Source: a virus. From it: 64,000 bases of DNA. The notes under the pieces were generated by a model, which saw only the letters and a program-made list of their open reading frames with translations, made no database searches and was not told the origin of the DNA. The position numbers and the translations under genes were made by a program. Below are positions 28,751 through 39,522 of this stretch, piece after piece. The stretch covers positions 1 to 64,000 of IMG/VR virus record IMGVR_UViG_3300048798_000032. One strand, given 5' to 3'. How positions within the stretch are numbered: the stretch's first letter is position 1; every line of letters begins with the position of its first letter.

Positions 28751-29959
28751 GTGCTGTCCCGATACCGCTACCGCGTGTACCCGGAGCCGGGTCAGATGAT
28801 CACGCTGGCCCGGACGTTCGGGTGCGCCCGCGTGGTCTACAACGACTCGCTGCGGCTGCGGGAAGACTCCCACGCGGGCGGCCAGAGGATCTCCGACACC
28901 GAAGTGCAGCGGCAGGTCGTCACCCTCGCGAAGACCACCCCGGAGCGGGAGTGGCTGGGTGAGGTGGCGTCGGTGGCGCTGGTGCAGGCGTGCCAGGACG
29001 CGCGCCGCGCCTACCGAAACTGGTTCGATTCGCTGTCCGGGAAGCGCAAGGGCCGCAAGGTCGGGCACCCGCGATTCCGGTCCCGTAAGGACAACCGGCA
29101 GTCGGTGCGGCTCACCCGTAACGGCTTCACCCTTCGTGGGGACAGGCTGTACGTGGCGAAGGTCGGCGACCTGAAAGTCCGCTGGTCCCGGTCGCTGCCA
29201 TCGCAGCCGTCCAGCGTCACCATCATCCGCGAGGCGGACGGGCGCTACTACGCCTCGTTCGTGGTGGAGGTGGCCGCCACCCCGCTGTCGGCCGTCAGCC
29301 GCGACATCGGCCTGGACCTCGGCCTGGCCGTCCTGGCCGCAACCTCGGACGGTGAGCTGATCGCCAACCCGCGTCACCTGCGGGCACGGGAACGGCATCT
29401 CGCACGGGCACAGCGGGCACTGGCCCGCAAGGCCAAAGGCTCCGCCAACCGGCAGAAAGCCAGGGTCCGCGTGGCGGTGCAGCACCGCAAGGTCCGCGAG
29501 GCGCGGGCTGACCACCTGCACAAGACAGCGCTTCGGCTAGTCCGTGATAACCAAGCGGTCTACGTCGAAGACCTGGCGGTATCCGGCCTGGCCAGGACCA
29601 GGCTGGCGAAGTCCGTGCACGACGCCGGGTGGGCGACGTTCGTCCGGCTGCTGGAAGAGAAAGCGCAGCGGTACGGGCGCACGGTGGTCAAGGTTGGCCG
29701 CTGGTTCCCGTCCAGCCAGATCTGCTCCATGTGTGGCGTGAAGGACGGCCCGAAGCCGCTGAACGTCCGGGAGTGGACCTGCGGCGACTGCGGCGCTACG
29801 CACGACCGGGACGTGAACGCGGCGCGCAACATCCGCCTGGAAGGCAGGAAGGTGGCGGCCGGGCAGGCCGACACCCTAAACGGCTGCGGAGGGACTGTAA
29901 GACCGGGACGTGTCCCGGCTGGACCCAGTGAAACAGCAACCCACCGGAGCGCGGCGTGA
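28751..29959 (+). CDS. tnpB: TnpB RNA-guided endonuclease
   Basis: VLSRYRYRVYP; GLDLG / YVEDL / DRDVNAA; CSMC..CGDC. Confidence 0.95.
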   Translation: MLSRYRYRVYPEPGQMITLARTFGCARVVYNDSLRLREDSHAGGQRISDTEVQRQVVTLAKTTPEREWLGEVASVALVQACQDARRAYRNWFDSLSGKRKGRKVGHPRFRSRKDNRQSVRLTRNGFTLRGDRLYVAKVGDLKVRWSRSLPSQPSSVTIIREADGRYYASFVVEVAATPLSAVSRDIGLDLGLAVLAATSDGELIANPRHLRARERHLARAQRALARKAKGSANRQKARVRVAVQHRKVREARADHLHKTALRLVRDNQAVYVEDLAVSGLARTRLAKSVHDAGWATFVRLLEEKAQRYGRTVVKVGRWFPSSQICSMCGVKDGPKPLNVREWTCGDCGATHDRDVNAARNIRLEGRKVAAGQADTLNGCGGTVRPGRVPAGPSETATHRSAA

Positions 29960-30677
29960 GCCGCGCTGGAGGAATCCCCGTCGTTCACGGCGGGGAGGAT
30001 GTCAAAAAGCCCGGCGCTTGCAACGCCGGGCCGTGCGGCTGCTGTGAGGATGCGGGAGGCCGGGCCAGCGCTCACACGCCGGGGCGGTTGATCGCTGGCC
30101 GGAAGATCCACGGCAGCCGTACCGGCACTTCCTGGCTGCCGCTGGCAAAACTGTTCCCATTCGCCCATGTCATGCGCCAACCATAACCCTCCTGCTGAGG
30201 TTTACGGTGGATGTGCTGGGGGTGGCTGCATCGTGCAACCGTTCGCATCGGCCTGCCAGCGAAAACGGTTCACGTCCCGCAATCCCGCATGTCGCAATAT
30301 TCCCGTATGTCACGATGGCGCAGTTCTTGCGGCAGCGGGCAGCCGGGCGTAGCGTGAGCGCAATTGCGTGGATGGGCCGGGGGAGGCCCCGGTAACGGTG
30401 GGGAATGCGCCATGCAAATCCCTGGCCGCACCGCGTGATGAACGGGATGAGGCTGGCCAGCCCGTGAACGCCAGCGGCGGGGGCGTGTCGCGGTGCGCAC
30501 TATTGCTTCCGGCCCTGCCGCTGGCCCGGATGGCTACCCCGGCTTACTGAACGCGTGCACCGTTTTGGCTGTGCCGTTACCCTGCCAGCGGGTAATGTCG
30601 TGGAGCGCACCGCGACAGACAGTCCTGTCCCGACAGCGGACAGTTGTGGCTTATGTCCGCATTGAGAGGTGTGCCCT

Positions 30678-30959
30678 ATGCCCGGCCTGATCGTCGCCGC
30701 ACTGGGAGTCGCCACCGCCGCCCTGGTGGCGGCTGGGCTGGCACTGTGGCTGCTCTGGCAGCGCAGGCCCAGCCGGGACACCGGGGAGGTAGCGGTGATA
30801 CCGATGGTGACCGCCGAGCGGCTCGGTCACGAAGTGTCGGCGCTGCGCTGCGCACTGGCCGACGTGTTCGAGTACGCCGAGACATCCCCTCCCGCCGACC
30901 TGGTGCCGACGAGTCCGCAGCCAGCCCTGAGCCTGATTCAGGGTGAACGCAGTGCTTAG
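30678..30959 (+). CDS. single-TM hypothetical protein
   Basis: GAGAGG RBS; hydrophobic N-terminus. Confidence 0.55.
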   Translation: MPGLIVAALGVATAALVAAGLALWLLWQRRPSRDTGEVAVIPMVTAERLGHEVSALRCALADVFEYAETSPPADLVPTSPQPALSLIQGERSA

Positions 30960-31438
30960 GCTACGGGCCGGTCACCCTGTTCCTTCTGGGCTTTCATGAG
31001 CGTGGCCAGTCCGATCAGGGCACGGCGGATCGCCGTTTCCCCCGGCTCGTCCAGATCCTCCATGTTCCGAATCCGCTCCAGGGCCGGATTGCTGTAGTGC
31101 GGCAATTCGGGCGCGGCGGACTTGGAGCGCTGCCGCACGATTTCCGTCAGAATCTCGGCGGCATCGGTGCGGCCAGCGCTCGTGAGTTCTTCGGGTGTGA
31201 CACCTACGGCGTAGGCCATGTGTGCGAGCGTCGCGGCACTGGCGCGGGCCGGGACACCTCGCTCGCCGCGTCGGCTGCCTGTTCCCTTTTCGACCTCTAG
31301 CCAGTAGGCAGCCGTGATCACGGCGTCTGGTGGGCTCATCTCGGCCATGCGCCGGACTGCGGCGGATGCCTTCAGGCCCAGCGCTTCGCGGGCAATGCGG
31401 ATCAGATCCGCCTCGGGGGGTGGAGTTGCGGTCTCCAT
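30956..31438 (-). CDS. immunity repressor-like HTH protein
   Basis: LIRIAREALGL...WLEVEKG...TLAHMAYAVGVTPEEL; divergent from cro-like gene. Confidence 0.72.
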   Translation of the reverse strand: METATPPPEADLIRIAREALGLKASAAVRRMAEMSPPDAVITAAYWLEVEKGTGSRRGERGVPARASAATLAHMAYAVGVTPEELTSAGRTDAAEILTEIVRQRSKSAAPELPHYSNPALERIRNMEDLDEPGETAIRRALIGLATLMKAQKEQGDRPVA

Positions 31439-31468
31439 AGCGGGATGCTCCAGCTCCGTCAGGCTCCT

Positions 31469-31619
31469 GATGACTAACGATGACACTAGCCCACGGGAAG
31501 CGTTACCGCATAGGGCCACGCGGGGGCAGACATACGATCCCGGCTTTGAGCCGGGCCGAAAATGACTACAGAAGAGTTCTGACAAAACCTTGCGTGTCAT
31601 CGGGAGTCATCGGTAGCCT
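31469..31619. promoter_or_regulatory. genetic-switch operators and rightward promoter
   Basis: GATGACTAACGATGACAC (31469-31486) and inverted copy GTGTCATCGGGAGTCATC (31594-31611), 16/18 match; TTGCGT-18-TAGCCT 6 nt before GTG. Confidence 0.65.
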
Positions 31620-31625
31620 GACGGG

Positions 31626-31877
31626 GTGAGCGAAGACACCGCAGCCCCGGCCCGTCTCCTGGATAGTGCCGAACTGAAGCGCAGGCGCATCCTTGCTGGC
31701 TACAGCCAGCCCGAGCTTGCTACGAGGGCCGGGATTAACCAGGCGCACATCTCGCGGCTGGAGGCCGGTGCCCGTGACGTGAAGCCCGCGACGCTCCGCA
31801 AACTGGCCAAGGTCCTGCAATGCAAGATGACTGATCTGATGCCGCAGCCGGTCAGCGACGGGCAGCGTGCATCATGA
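31626..31877 (+). CDS. Cro-like XRE regulator
   Basis: GYSQPELATRAGINQAHISRLEAG...LRKLAKVL. Confidence 0.88.
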   Translation: MSEDTAAPARLLDSAELKRRRILAGYSQPELATRAGINQAHISRLEAGARDVKPATLRKLAKVLQCKMTDLMPQPVSDGQRAS

Positions 31878-31920
31878 CCGCCAACCGCAGGTATGACCCC
31901 TGCTGCTGCGAAGGTGCGCG

Positions 31921-32262
31921 ATGAGTGCCCCGCCCAGCATCCCCCGCCTGCCGCGCGCGCTCCCCGTCGCCGCGCTCTGGCCCGAACCGCGCACCCCCGC
32001 CGAACTCCGCGCCTGCGGTGCCCTGTACCGGGCCGGAATCCAGGATGCCGGCTCCCTCACCCGGTGCACCGCCGGGGGGCTGCTCAAAGTGGACGGCTTC
32101 GGGGTGTGGGCGCTGGAGCAGGTCCGCCAGCGTCTCGGGCGGCTCGGCCTGTCGCTGCTCGGTGAGCAGGTGCAGTCTGCGTCGGCATGTGAGCAGGCCG
32201 TGAGCGCGATGCAGGACCACAAGCGCAGCGGCGGGAAGAACGGGCCACGCCGGGCCGCATAA
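31921..32262 (+). CDS. stand-alone RNA polymerase alpha-CTD-like protein
   Basis: LRACGALYRAGIQDAGSL...LLKVDGFGVWALEQVRQRLGRLGLSL parallels RpoA CTD. Confidence 0.7.
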   Translation: MSAPPSIPRLPRALPVAALWPEPRTPAELRACGALYRAGIQDAGSLTRCTAGGLLKVDGFGVWALEQVRQRLGRLGLSLLGEQVQSASACEQAVSAMQDHKRSGGKNGPRRAA

Positions 32263-32352
32263 GAGACTTCCGCCCGGCCGGGGTCAGGTCGGCCGGGCGG
32301 TGGCGAAGGGCATCGCAGTCCTTCGTGATCAAGATAGCAGAAGGGTATCGCA

Positions 32353-32538
32353 GTGACCATCACCAGCGCCGTCCCCGTCCTGACGGCTCAGGAAGTGGCC
32401 GACCTCTGGCGGGTCCGGAAGTTCACCGTGACCCGGTGGGCGAAGGCAGGCAAGATTCCGGCGGTCAAGACCCCCGGCGGCGACTGGCGTTTCCCCCGGG
32501 CCGAAATTCTGGCCCTCCGGAACGGCGGCACGTCATGA
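32353..32538 (+). CDS. BldC-like / HTH_17 DNA-binding protein
   Basis: LTAQEVADLWRV..TVTRWAKAGKI..KTPGG.WRF..EI.AL. Confidence 0.8.
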   Translation: MTITSAVPVLTAQEVADLWRVRKFTVTRWAKAGKIPAVKTPGGDWRFPRAEILALRNGGTS

Positions 32539-33056
32539 CCCACACCGTGGACGCAGCCGGCCGTGAGCATGAACTGACCCTGACCGAGGAACGCCACGCG
32601 ATCGAGCGCCAGTTCCCCGGCTGGGAAGTGCGGATGAAAGACGGCCATCCGCAGGCCACCAGGGGCGACGCGACCCTGGCGGCTCCCGCGATCGGGGTGA
32701 TGGGCCACATGATCGCGGACTACGAGCACCGCGAAGAGGCCCGCATCCGCCGTGAGGCCGCCGGGGCCGTCGCGCGGGGTGTGGCGCTCATGGACGAGCG
32801 CGACCCCGGCTGGCTGGAACACATCGACCTGAACCGGCTGAACCTGCGCAGCAACTGCAACTGCATCGTGGGCCAGCGGTCCGGCGGCAACTACAGCATA
32901 GGGCTGCGGGTCCTGGGGCTGGGTCTCGATGGCGAGCCTGCCTCCCGCTACGGATTCGACACGGGAGTCCTCGCCTCGGGCCTGTACCGGCTGGCCTACG
33001 ACGCCCTTGAAAACGAGTGGCGGAAGGTCATCACCGAGAGGCGGTCAGCGGCATGA
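32535..33056 (+). CDS. hypothetical protein
   Basis: GVALMDE..PGW..IDL..L....CIVGQ domain shared with next gene. Confidence 0.65.
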   Translation: MTHTVDAAGREHELTLTEERHAIERQFPGWEVRMKDGHPQATRGDATLAAPAIGVMGHMIADYEHREEARIRREAAGAVARGVALMDERDPGWLEHIDLNRLNLRSNCNCIVGQRSGGNYSIGLRVLGLGLDGEPASRYGFDTGVLASGLYRLAYDALENEWRKVITERRSAA

Positions 33057-33448
33057 GCACGGCAGCGGGGACCCCAGAGCAGTACGCCGTTTCCCTTGGC
33101 GCCGCCATGCTGGACGAGCACGACAACGGCTGGTGGCGCGAGGACGTGGAGCGCGCGATCGACCTGGACACGCTGCAGATGCAGGACGGCCGCACCTGCG
33201 TGCTCGGCCAGCGCTGCCCGCTGGAAGTCCTGGAGGACTACCGTCGTGGCCACCACACACAAGCGCCGCCCTACTTCGCCTATGCGGCGCTGCTGGGCGG
33301 CGGCGATTGGCCCGGCCGGGATCGCTGGGCAATCGTCCATGGCTTCGTGGCAGATTCCGGCAGGTGGAACGAACTTACCGGCGCCTGGCACGACCTCATC
33401 ACCAGGCGCCGCAAGGGCGCAGCAGAAGCGGGCGAGCTGGCGCAATGA
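33053..33448 (+). CDS. hypothetical protein, paralog of upstream gene
   Basis: GAAMLDE...GWW...IDLDTL....CVLGQ. Confidence 0.65.
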   Translation: MSTAAGTPEQYAVSLGAAMLDEHDNGWWREDVERAIDLDTLQMQDGRTCVLGQRCPLEVLEDYRRGHHTQAPPYFAYAALLGGGDWPGRDRWAIVHGFVADSGRWNELTGAWHDLITRRRKGAAEAGELAQ

Positions 33449-34885
33449 CCACCACCAAGGCCCCCGCCACCCGCAAGCCACGGGCCACCAAGAACGCGGC
33501 GGCGGGGACGGACATGCGCCCCCTGCTGCCGTGGCTGGCCGACGCCGCCGACACGCTGCTCGCCGAAGCCGCGCCGCAAGCCGCGCCGCAAGCCGCCGCC
33601 CCGGTGCTGTTCGGGCCGGGGGAACTGGCCCAGATCGCCACCCTGCCACCTCTGACCCTCCCGACGTGGGACGAGAACTACCAACGGGCCCTGCGGGTGG
33701 CCTGCCCCCGGTGGACGTGGTACCTGGCCAACACGCCGGAGCACCGCCATGCCCAGGAGATGTGGCAGTGCGGATGGTGTGACCGGACGTTCGACATGGT
33801 CACCCCCGACCATGAGCCGTGCAGCCAGGTGCACCCGCTGGACGCTTCCGCAACGCCCGTGCGTGGCCCGTTTGAGGCCGCCGCGCAGACCGTGACCATC
33901 ACCCTGCCTCCCGCCGTCGCTGAGGGTTCAGGGACCCCCGCACCAGACCCCGAGCCAGTTCAGGACACACCCACGCTCGGTGCCCTGGACGAGAACGCGG
34001 AGAGGCACCTCGCAGCGTTCGTGGCCGCACACGACGAAGAGGACGCCCCGGACTTCCCCGCAGAAGACACCCCAGACACCCCCGGGCCGGCTGAAGCCTC
34101 CTTGTCCCCGGAGGCCGGCCCGGGGGCCCAGACCGGCAGCGACGAGGACGGGCAGGACGGCACAGCGCTTGATCAGGCTGGCCCCCTGCCCGTAGGCGAC
34201 TGGCAGAAGTCCGGCACCGGGGGGAAAGCGGCGGAATGATCGTCATCGGCCCGGAACTGCCCACGCTGCCCGGCATTCCCTCGCAGATCGGTCCCGTCCT
34301 GTGCCCGGACTGTAACCAGCGGCTGGCCGCCGTCCACCACCTCGCAGACGGTGACGGCTACATGGCCACGCTGATCTGCGATGGCTGCGGCGCGGCCCGC
34401 GAACTGGACCCCGAGTCGTACACCGCTGGGCTTGCGGCAGGCGTCCTGCACGAGCACCAGAAGTGGCACGAGTCCGACGGTTCTCAGTGCGCAGCCGAAG
34501 CTGAGCAGGTGCGGACATGACCACCGACACCACAACCCTCTCTCTCGTCGCCGCGATGTTGACCGACGAAGACCGGGGCAAAGCACTCACTGAGCTAGCC
34601 GGTAAAGCCGAATGGATGCGTCATGGGGAAGTCACGGCAGAACTGGCCAAGCTAGCTCACCGTTCCCTGTCACCAGGACGACGGGCTGACTTGTTCGAGT
34701 CCTTCAAGGAGCACATCGAGCGCGCGACAGCACTCCGTGCCGGGGTCGCGTACTGGACTGAGTTCTTCGACGCAAGCGACTTCCTGGGTACCTGCGGGGA
34801 CTGTCAGGACAGGGCTGCCGAACTGATTGCGGACAGGGCTGCTGAGCTGCTGTTCGCCCTGGTGCATGGAGAGGGGGAGAAGTAA
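33445..34885 (+). other. three coupled hypothetical genes (33445-34239, 34236-34520, 34517-34885)
   Basis: ATGA overlaps; CxxC motifs. Confidence 0.6.
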
Positions 34886-35784
34886 TGGCATTCAACGAGC
34901 AAGGTCTCAACAGTTACGTCGATGTCGCACAGCGCATCGCAGACTTCCGCGAACGCTACCCGGACGGGTCACTGCAACCTGCGGACCAGGCGAACCCGTT
35001 TGATATCCGCCAAGTCGAAGGCGTGGACAAGGCTGGCAAGGAGTTCAAGGCCACATTCATTGTCTACCGGGCGGCGGCCTACCGTACCCCGGACGACCAG
35101 CGGCCAGGGATCGGCATGGCATGGGAGGTATTCCCCGGCCGCACCCCCTACACACTCGGCAGCGAACTAATGAACGCGGAGACCTCGGCATGGGGCCGGG
35201 CAATCGTCGCCGCCTTGGCGTCGGACTCTAAGCGAGGCGTGTCTAGCCGCGAAGAAGTGCGTAACCGCTCTGCTGAGCAGGACGAGAGCTGGCGTGATCA
35301 GGCCCCCGTCAACCGGAACCCGCGCCAGCAGGCCCGTACGCCAGACAGCAGCGAGTGGGAGACCGCACCCGCCGGCAACAGCGCGAACGGCCATGCTCCC
35401 GCGCAAGCTCCCGCCGACGACGGGCCTGACGGGGAAGCGCAGGAGATTGCCCAGCTCGCACACGAAGCCCGTCAGGTCAGCGACGTTTCCGCACTGACCG
35501 CGAAGGCGCATGACGCGGGCAAGCTCAGCAAGGTCATCGTCAACCCGGCTACGGGCAAGAGTGGCCCGCTCGGCCGTTACCTCGGATGGCGCAGGCAGCA
35601 GGTCACGGCCGAAGTCGCCGCCTTCGCCGCGCTGACCGAAGCCGGTAAGGCCGCCGGCCTGGAGGATGAGGCCCTGGGCGCCGTGGTTGAGGAACTGACC
35701 GGCGCGAACATCGAAGCAGCCACGGTCGCGCAGATGAAGGAAGCCACGGCCAAGCTTGCGGCGAGAGCGGGTGCGCCGGCGTGA
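34885..35784 (+). CDS. putative single-strand annealing protein
   Basis: YVDVAQRIADFRERYPDG, ELMNAETSAWGRAI, SSREEV; position in recombination module. Confidence 0.55.
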   Translation: MAFNEQGLNSYVDVAQRIADFRERYPDGSLQPADQANPFDIRQVEGVDKAGKEFKATFIVYRAAAYRTPDDQRPGIGMAWEVFPGRTPYTLGSELMNAETSAWGRAIVAALASDSKRGVSSREEVRNRSAEQDESWRDQAPVNRNPRQQARTPDSSEWETAPAGNSANGHAPAQAPADDGPDGEAQEIAQLAHEARQVSDVSALTAKAHDAGKLSKVIVNPATGKSGPLGRYLGWRRQQVTAEVAAFAALTEAGKAAGLEDEALGAVVEELTGANIEAATVAQMKEATAKLAARAGAPA

Positions 35785-36887
35785 CCACTCCTCCTGCCCT
35801 CACCGTCCAGCAGCGCCTGACCCTGGCGAAGTGGCTGCTGGAGAGCATCGGCAACCAGCGCAAGGACGACCTTGTGCCAGCAAGCCGGGACGAGATGCCC
35901 TCTGGCAGCCGGGTAGCGGCCATGTTCGGCGGCAAGGTCGCCGCCTGGGTGGTCATGCCGAAGCCGAAGCAGCCGGGCGCTTATGTGTCCGACCCGGTGA
36001 AACTGCTCGCCTGGGTGCGGGAGAACTTCCCGCACCAGGTCGTGCCGGTGACTGAGGTCGTGGAGTCACCGGAGCTGATCGAGCACCTGCGGAAGCACTT
36101 CCCCTCGGCGCTCAAGGTGACCGACACGGTAGAGACCTACCTGGTCTCCGACATCTGCACCGGACTCAAGGACCGCGGTCACTTCTACGACGGCGACGAG
36201 GAGAAGGTCTCCGACATACCGGGGATCACGCTGCCCGAAGCTGAGCCGCCAGTCCCCACGGTCACCCTCACCGACGACGCGGAGGCGGTCATCGGTGAGG
36301 CGTGGCGCGGTGGGGCCATCCCCGTAAGTGAACTGCTCGCACTGCCCGGCGGCGGTGAACCTGATGCCACCTGAGTACACCACTCCCGAGGACGGCGACC
36401 TAGTGCTCTGGGCGGCGTGGGCCGAGGACCATCTGGACTGTGCGGGCTGGAGCTTCGACGGCCACGCGCTCACCTGCGCATGCGGAGCGCCTATCCCGCT
36501 CGCCGCTGAGGTTTCGGCATGACCGCCACCGAACAGCGCTCCGTACACGATCCGGTCGCTGTCGAGCAGAAGATCGAAGAGACGAAGAACCGGATCGCCA
36601 AGGGCGTCACGATCATCACCGAAGCCGAGAAGAAAGCCAAAGCGGCCCGGACCAAGTTCGACTTCGAGTTCGCTCTTGCGATGGGCCGTGCCACAGGTCC
36701 AGCGACCAGCCACAAGTATCAGGCGACCGTCGACACGATTGAGTGGCGGAAGATCGCCGAGGGTGCCGAGATCGCGTTCAAGCACGCTGAGCGCACCGCC
36801 CACGCGCTGGACAAGGAACTGTTCGCGTGGCAGTCGATTCTCAACTCCGTCCGGTCGATGTACAGCGCCGTGGGGGTGCGCGGGTGA
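35781..36887 (+). other. coupled hypothetical genes (35781-36374, 36364-36522, 36519-36887 coiled-coil)
   Basis: overlapping start/stop codons. Confidence 0.6.
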
Positions 36888-36978
36888 ATGTAATCCAGGC
36901 ACGCGAGGAACTGGTCAAGGCTGCTATCGGATGGCACACAGAGAACTCACTGCCCGCCGTCGGTGAGGGGCTGGACTC

Positions 36979-37578
36979 ATGAGCGCACCGATCGCTTTCC
37001 TAGACACTGAAACGACAGGGCTTGACCCCGACCGGCATCAGATTTGGGAAGTCGCCCTCATCACACCTGACGGCGGCGAGCATGTCTGGCAGTTCCCCAT
37101 TGACGAGATGGAAGCCGACCCGTTCGCGCTGAATATCGGCCGCTACTGGGACCGCCGCTGGCCCCCGGGCATCAGGGAAATCTCACTTCCCGCTGCCATC
37201 TACTCGGCGCACACGCCGGAGTCGCGGCGCAAGAACTTCCCCGGTCAGGGCCGCGCGATCACCCCTGGCCCCGAATGGTGCCGCCACTTCCGCGACCTGA
37301 CCGCCGGGCTTCACCTCGCTGGCGCGGTCGTGTCGTTCGATGAGGAACGCCTGCGGCGGCTCCTGCACCGCAACGGCGTGCTGCACCGCTGGCACTACCA
37401 CCTTTGTGACGTGGAAGCGCTTGCCGCCGGGAAGCTCGGCCTTGAGCCGCCGTGGAACTCCGACGACCTGTCGGCCGCGCTCGGCGTCACGGTCAGCGAT
37501 GAAGACCGGCATACCGCCCTCGGTGACGCCCGCTTTGCCAAACGCATTTACGAGGCGGTTATGGCTGGTGACCGATGA
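36979..37578 (+). CDS. DnaQ-like DEDDh exonuclease
   Basis: FLDTETTGL, SFD, HTALGDA. Confidence 0.88.
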   Translation: MSAPIAFLDTETTGLDPDRHQIWEVALITPDGGEHVWQFPIDEMEADPFALNIGRYWDRRWPPGIREISLPAAIYSAHTPESRRKNFPGQGRAITPGPEWCRHFRDLTAGLHLAGAVVSFDEERLRRLLHRNGVLHRWHYHLCDVEALAAGKLGLEPPWNSDDLSAALGVTVSDEDRHTALGDARFAKRIYEAVMAGDR

Positions 37579-38156
37579 GAAGTGTGGAAGAACGCTTTCT
37601 GTCTCACGTTGATAAGCGTGGACCCATTCCCGCCCATCGTCCCGACCTGGGTGCATGTCATCTATGGACTGGCTCGGTTGACGAGAAGGGTTACGGATGC
37701 TTCGGTGACGGTAAGCGCTCCAGGAAAGCGCATGCCTTCGCGTATGAAGCGGCCAAAGGCCCAATTCCCGAAGGCAAAGAACTTGATCACCTATGTCGTA
37801 ACCGGCCTTGCGTCAATCACGCATACCTAGAAGCGGTAACCCATCGGGAGAATTGCCAGCGAGCACAGTATTTGCAGGAAACATGCTCACGAAATCACCC
37901 GCTGCCAGATCCGGGCCCTGATGGCCGGCGTATCTGCCGCGAGTGCGCCAATGAGCGCAACCGGGCATACAAGAAGCGCCAGCGCGCAAGTCGGACCCCA
38001 AAAGAATCACGGCCATTTACGCATGGCAGGGGTGCGTACACGCATCACGGCTGCCGATGTGAAGTGTGCTGTGACGCGGAAAATTCCTACAAGCGTCAGT
38101 GGCGACGAGACCAGAAAGTGCGGATCTATGACGCGGTGATGCGGGGTGCGCTGTGA
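37575..38156 (+). CDS. HNH homing endonuclease
   Basis: CHLWTG, GYG, AH, DHLCRNRPCVN..LEAVT.REN; lower GC than neighbours. Confidence 0.88.
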   Translation: MRSVEERFLSHVDKRGPIPAHRPDLGACHLWTGSVDEKGYGCFGDGKRSRKAHAFAYEAAKGPIPEGKELDHLCRNRPCVNHAYLEAVTHRENCQRAQYLQETCSRNHPLPDPGPDGRRICRECANERNRAYKKRQRASRTPKESRPFTHGRGAYTHHGCRCEVCCDAENSYKRQWRRDQKVRIYDAVMRGAL

Positions 38157-38346
38157 CCGCCGTCCGCGAACCAAGCCTCAAGCGGCGCTGCAACAAGAAG
38201 AGGGGCTACAGCTCCCGCGCTGAGGCCGAGGAACACCGGGACCGCCTGATCGCCGAGGGCGACGAGGCACGCAGCCTGGATGTCTTCTGGTGCATTCACC
38301 ACCGCCTGTATCACGTGGGACACCTCGGGATGCCGGGGAGGGCGCT

Positions 38347-38880
38347 GTGACCCTCACCACCAGAACACCACTTCGCCGCTGTGGCCAGATGTGGGCAACT
38401 GAATACGACGCCCTCCACTCCAAGCTCTACCTGGCTGGGGGACAGGAAGTTATCTCCTGCTACATCGGCTGCGGGGGATTCCACCTGCGGCCTGAAGTCA
38501 AAGACGCGCCGAGTGGGAGCAGGGAGCCAGCAAAGGCCCGTGCCCTACTGGCCCAGGTGAGCAGGAAACGCCAGCAGGAGAACCGTGACCGCAGGCGCAT
38601 GGCGAAGCAACTCTACCCAGAGCAGCCCTTGTGCACGGTCTGGGAACTGGCCAGCAACACGGCAGTGAATCTCCCGGCCGATGTGCTCGCCGGGTGCCAC
38701 CAGTGGGCCGACGACCTCCACGAGCCGCTGACCCGTGGCCGCAGTGGCTCTATCACTGACCCGTCAAACGTGGTCCCGCTGTGCCGCCCATGCCACGACG
38801 TCATCACATTCGCACCCGAATCCACGCTCCTGTGGGCGTACGAGGTTGGGCTGTTGCGTCACTCCTGGGAGGCAGCATGA
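38347..38880 (+). CDS. HNH-like nuclease
   Basis: DDLHEPLTRGRSGS..DPSN..PLCRPCH. Confidence 0.7.
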   Translation: MTLTTRTPLRRCGQMWATEYDALHSKLYLAGGQEVISCYIGCGGFHLRPEVKDAPSGSREPAKARALLAQVSRKRQQENRDRRRMAKQLYPEQPLCTVWELASNTAVNLPADVLAGCHQWADDLHEPLTRGRSGSITDPSNVVPLCRPCHDVITFAPESTLLWAYEVGLLRHSWEAA

Positions 38881-39522
38881 GCGAGCGCGTACAGGTCGAG
38901 GCACCCCCCTACGACCGCTCAGCCACGGTCACCGGCGCCCTGCTGGTCATGCGGCAGCGGATGACCGACACCGAGAACCCGCTTGAAGTCGCCAGCATGG
39001 TCGCCGACGTCGGAGCGCTAGCCCTGGACTGGCTCGGCTACCCGGTCAGCGGTGAGCCAGAGGTCAGCATTCGTATCGGTGCCGACGAAGCGCCAAACAA
39101 GGCCCAGATCATTCTGACGTGGCCGCTCCCACCAGTTGAGAGCGGTGGCACCACATGAAGCCCAGGCCCGCGTACTTCGCCGTCAAGCTCGGCGCGAGCG
39201 GCCAGACCGTCACAAAGCCGGGCGGTTTCACCGAACGGGAAGCCGACGAATTCGCGGCCACCCATGGGCGCGTCACAAGCAACTTCGTCATCCCCGTCTA
39301 TGTTGTCGGGCCGGTTCAGGCTGACCTATTCGGGGGGTGGCGCGTGATCGCCTGCCTGTCCAATCACGCCGCCTGGATCATCCTGGCCGTCGTCGTGATT
39401 GTGACCCTTTTCAACCTGGTCCAGCGGCTAAGGGGAAGACATGGAGCCGGGTGTACCTGTACCCGTTGCTGGCGGCGGGCGGAAGCTAATGCCCGCAGCC
39501 GTGAATACGAGGGGCGGTCCTG

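Larger units (their letters stand above)
28279..30005 (+). mobile_element. IS200/IS605 family element 2
   Basis: TTGGG at 28274-28278, left hairpin CCCCGGC-GTTCAG-GCCGGGG, right hairpin + TCAA at 30002-30005. Confidence 0.9.

Noticed and set aside
14487-29959. TnpB as Cas12 effector or dead TldR
   Set aside because: paired with tnpA and IS ends, no CRISPR array, catalytic residues intact
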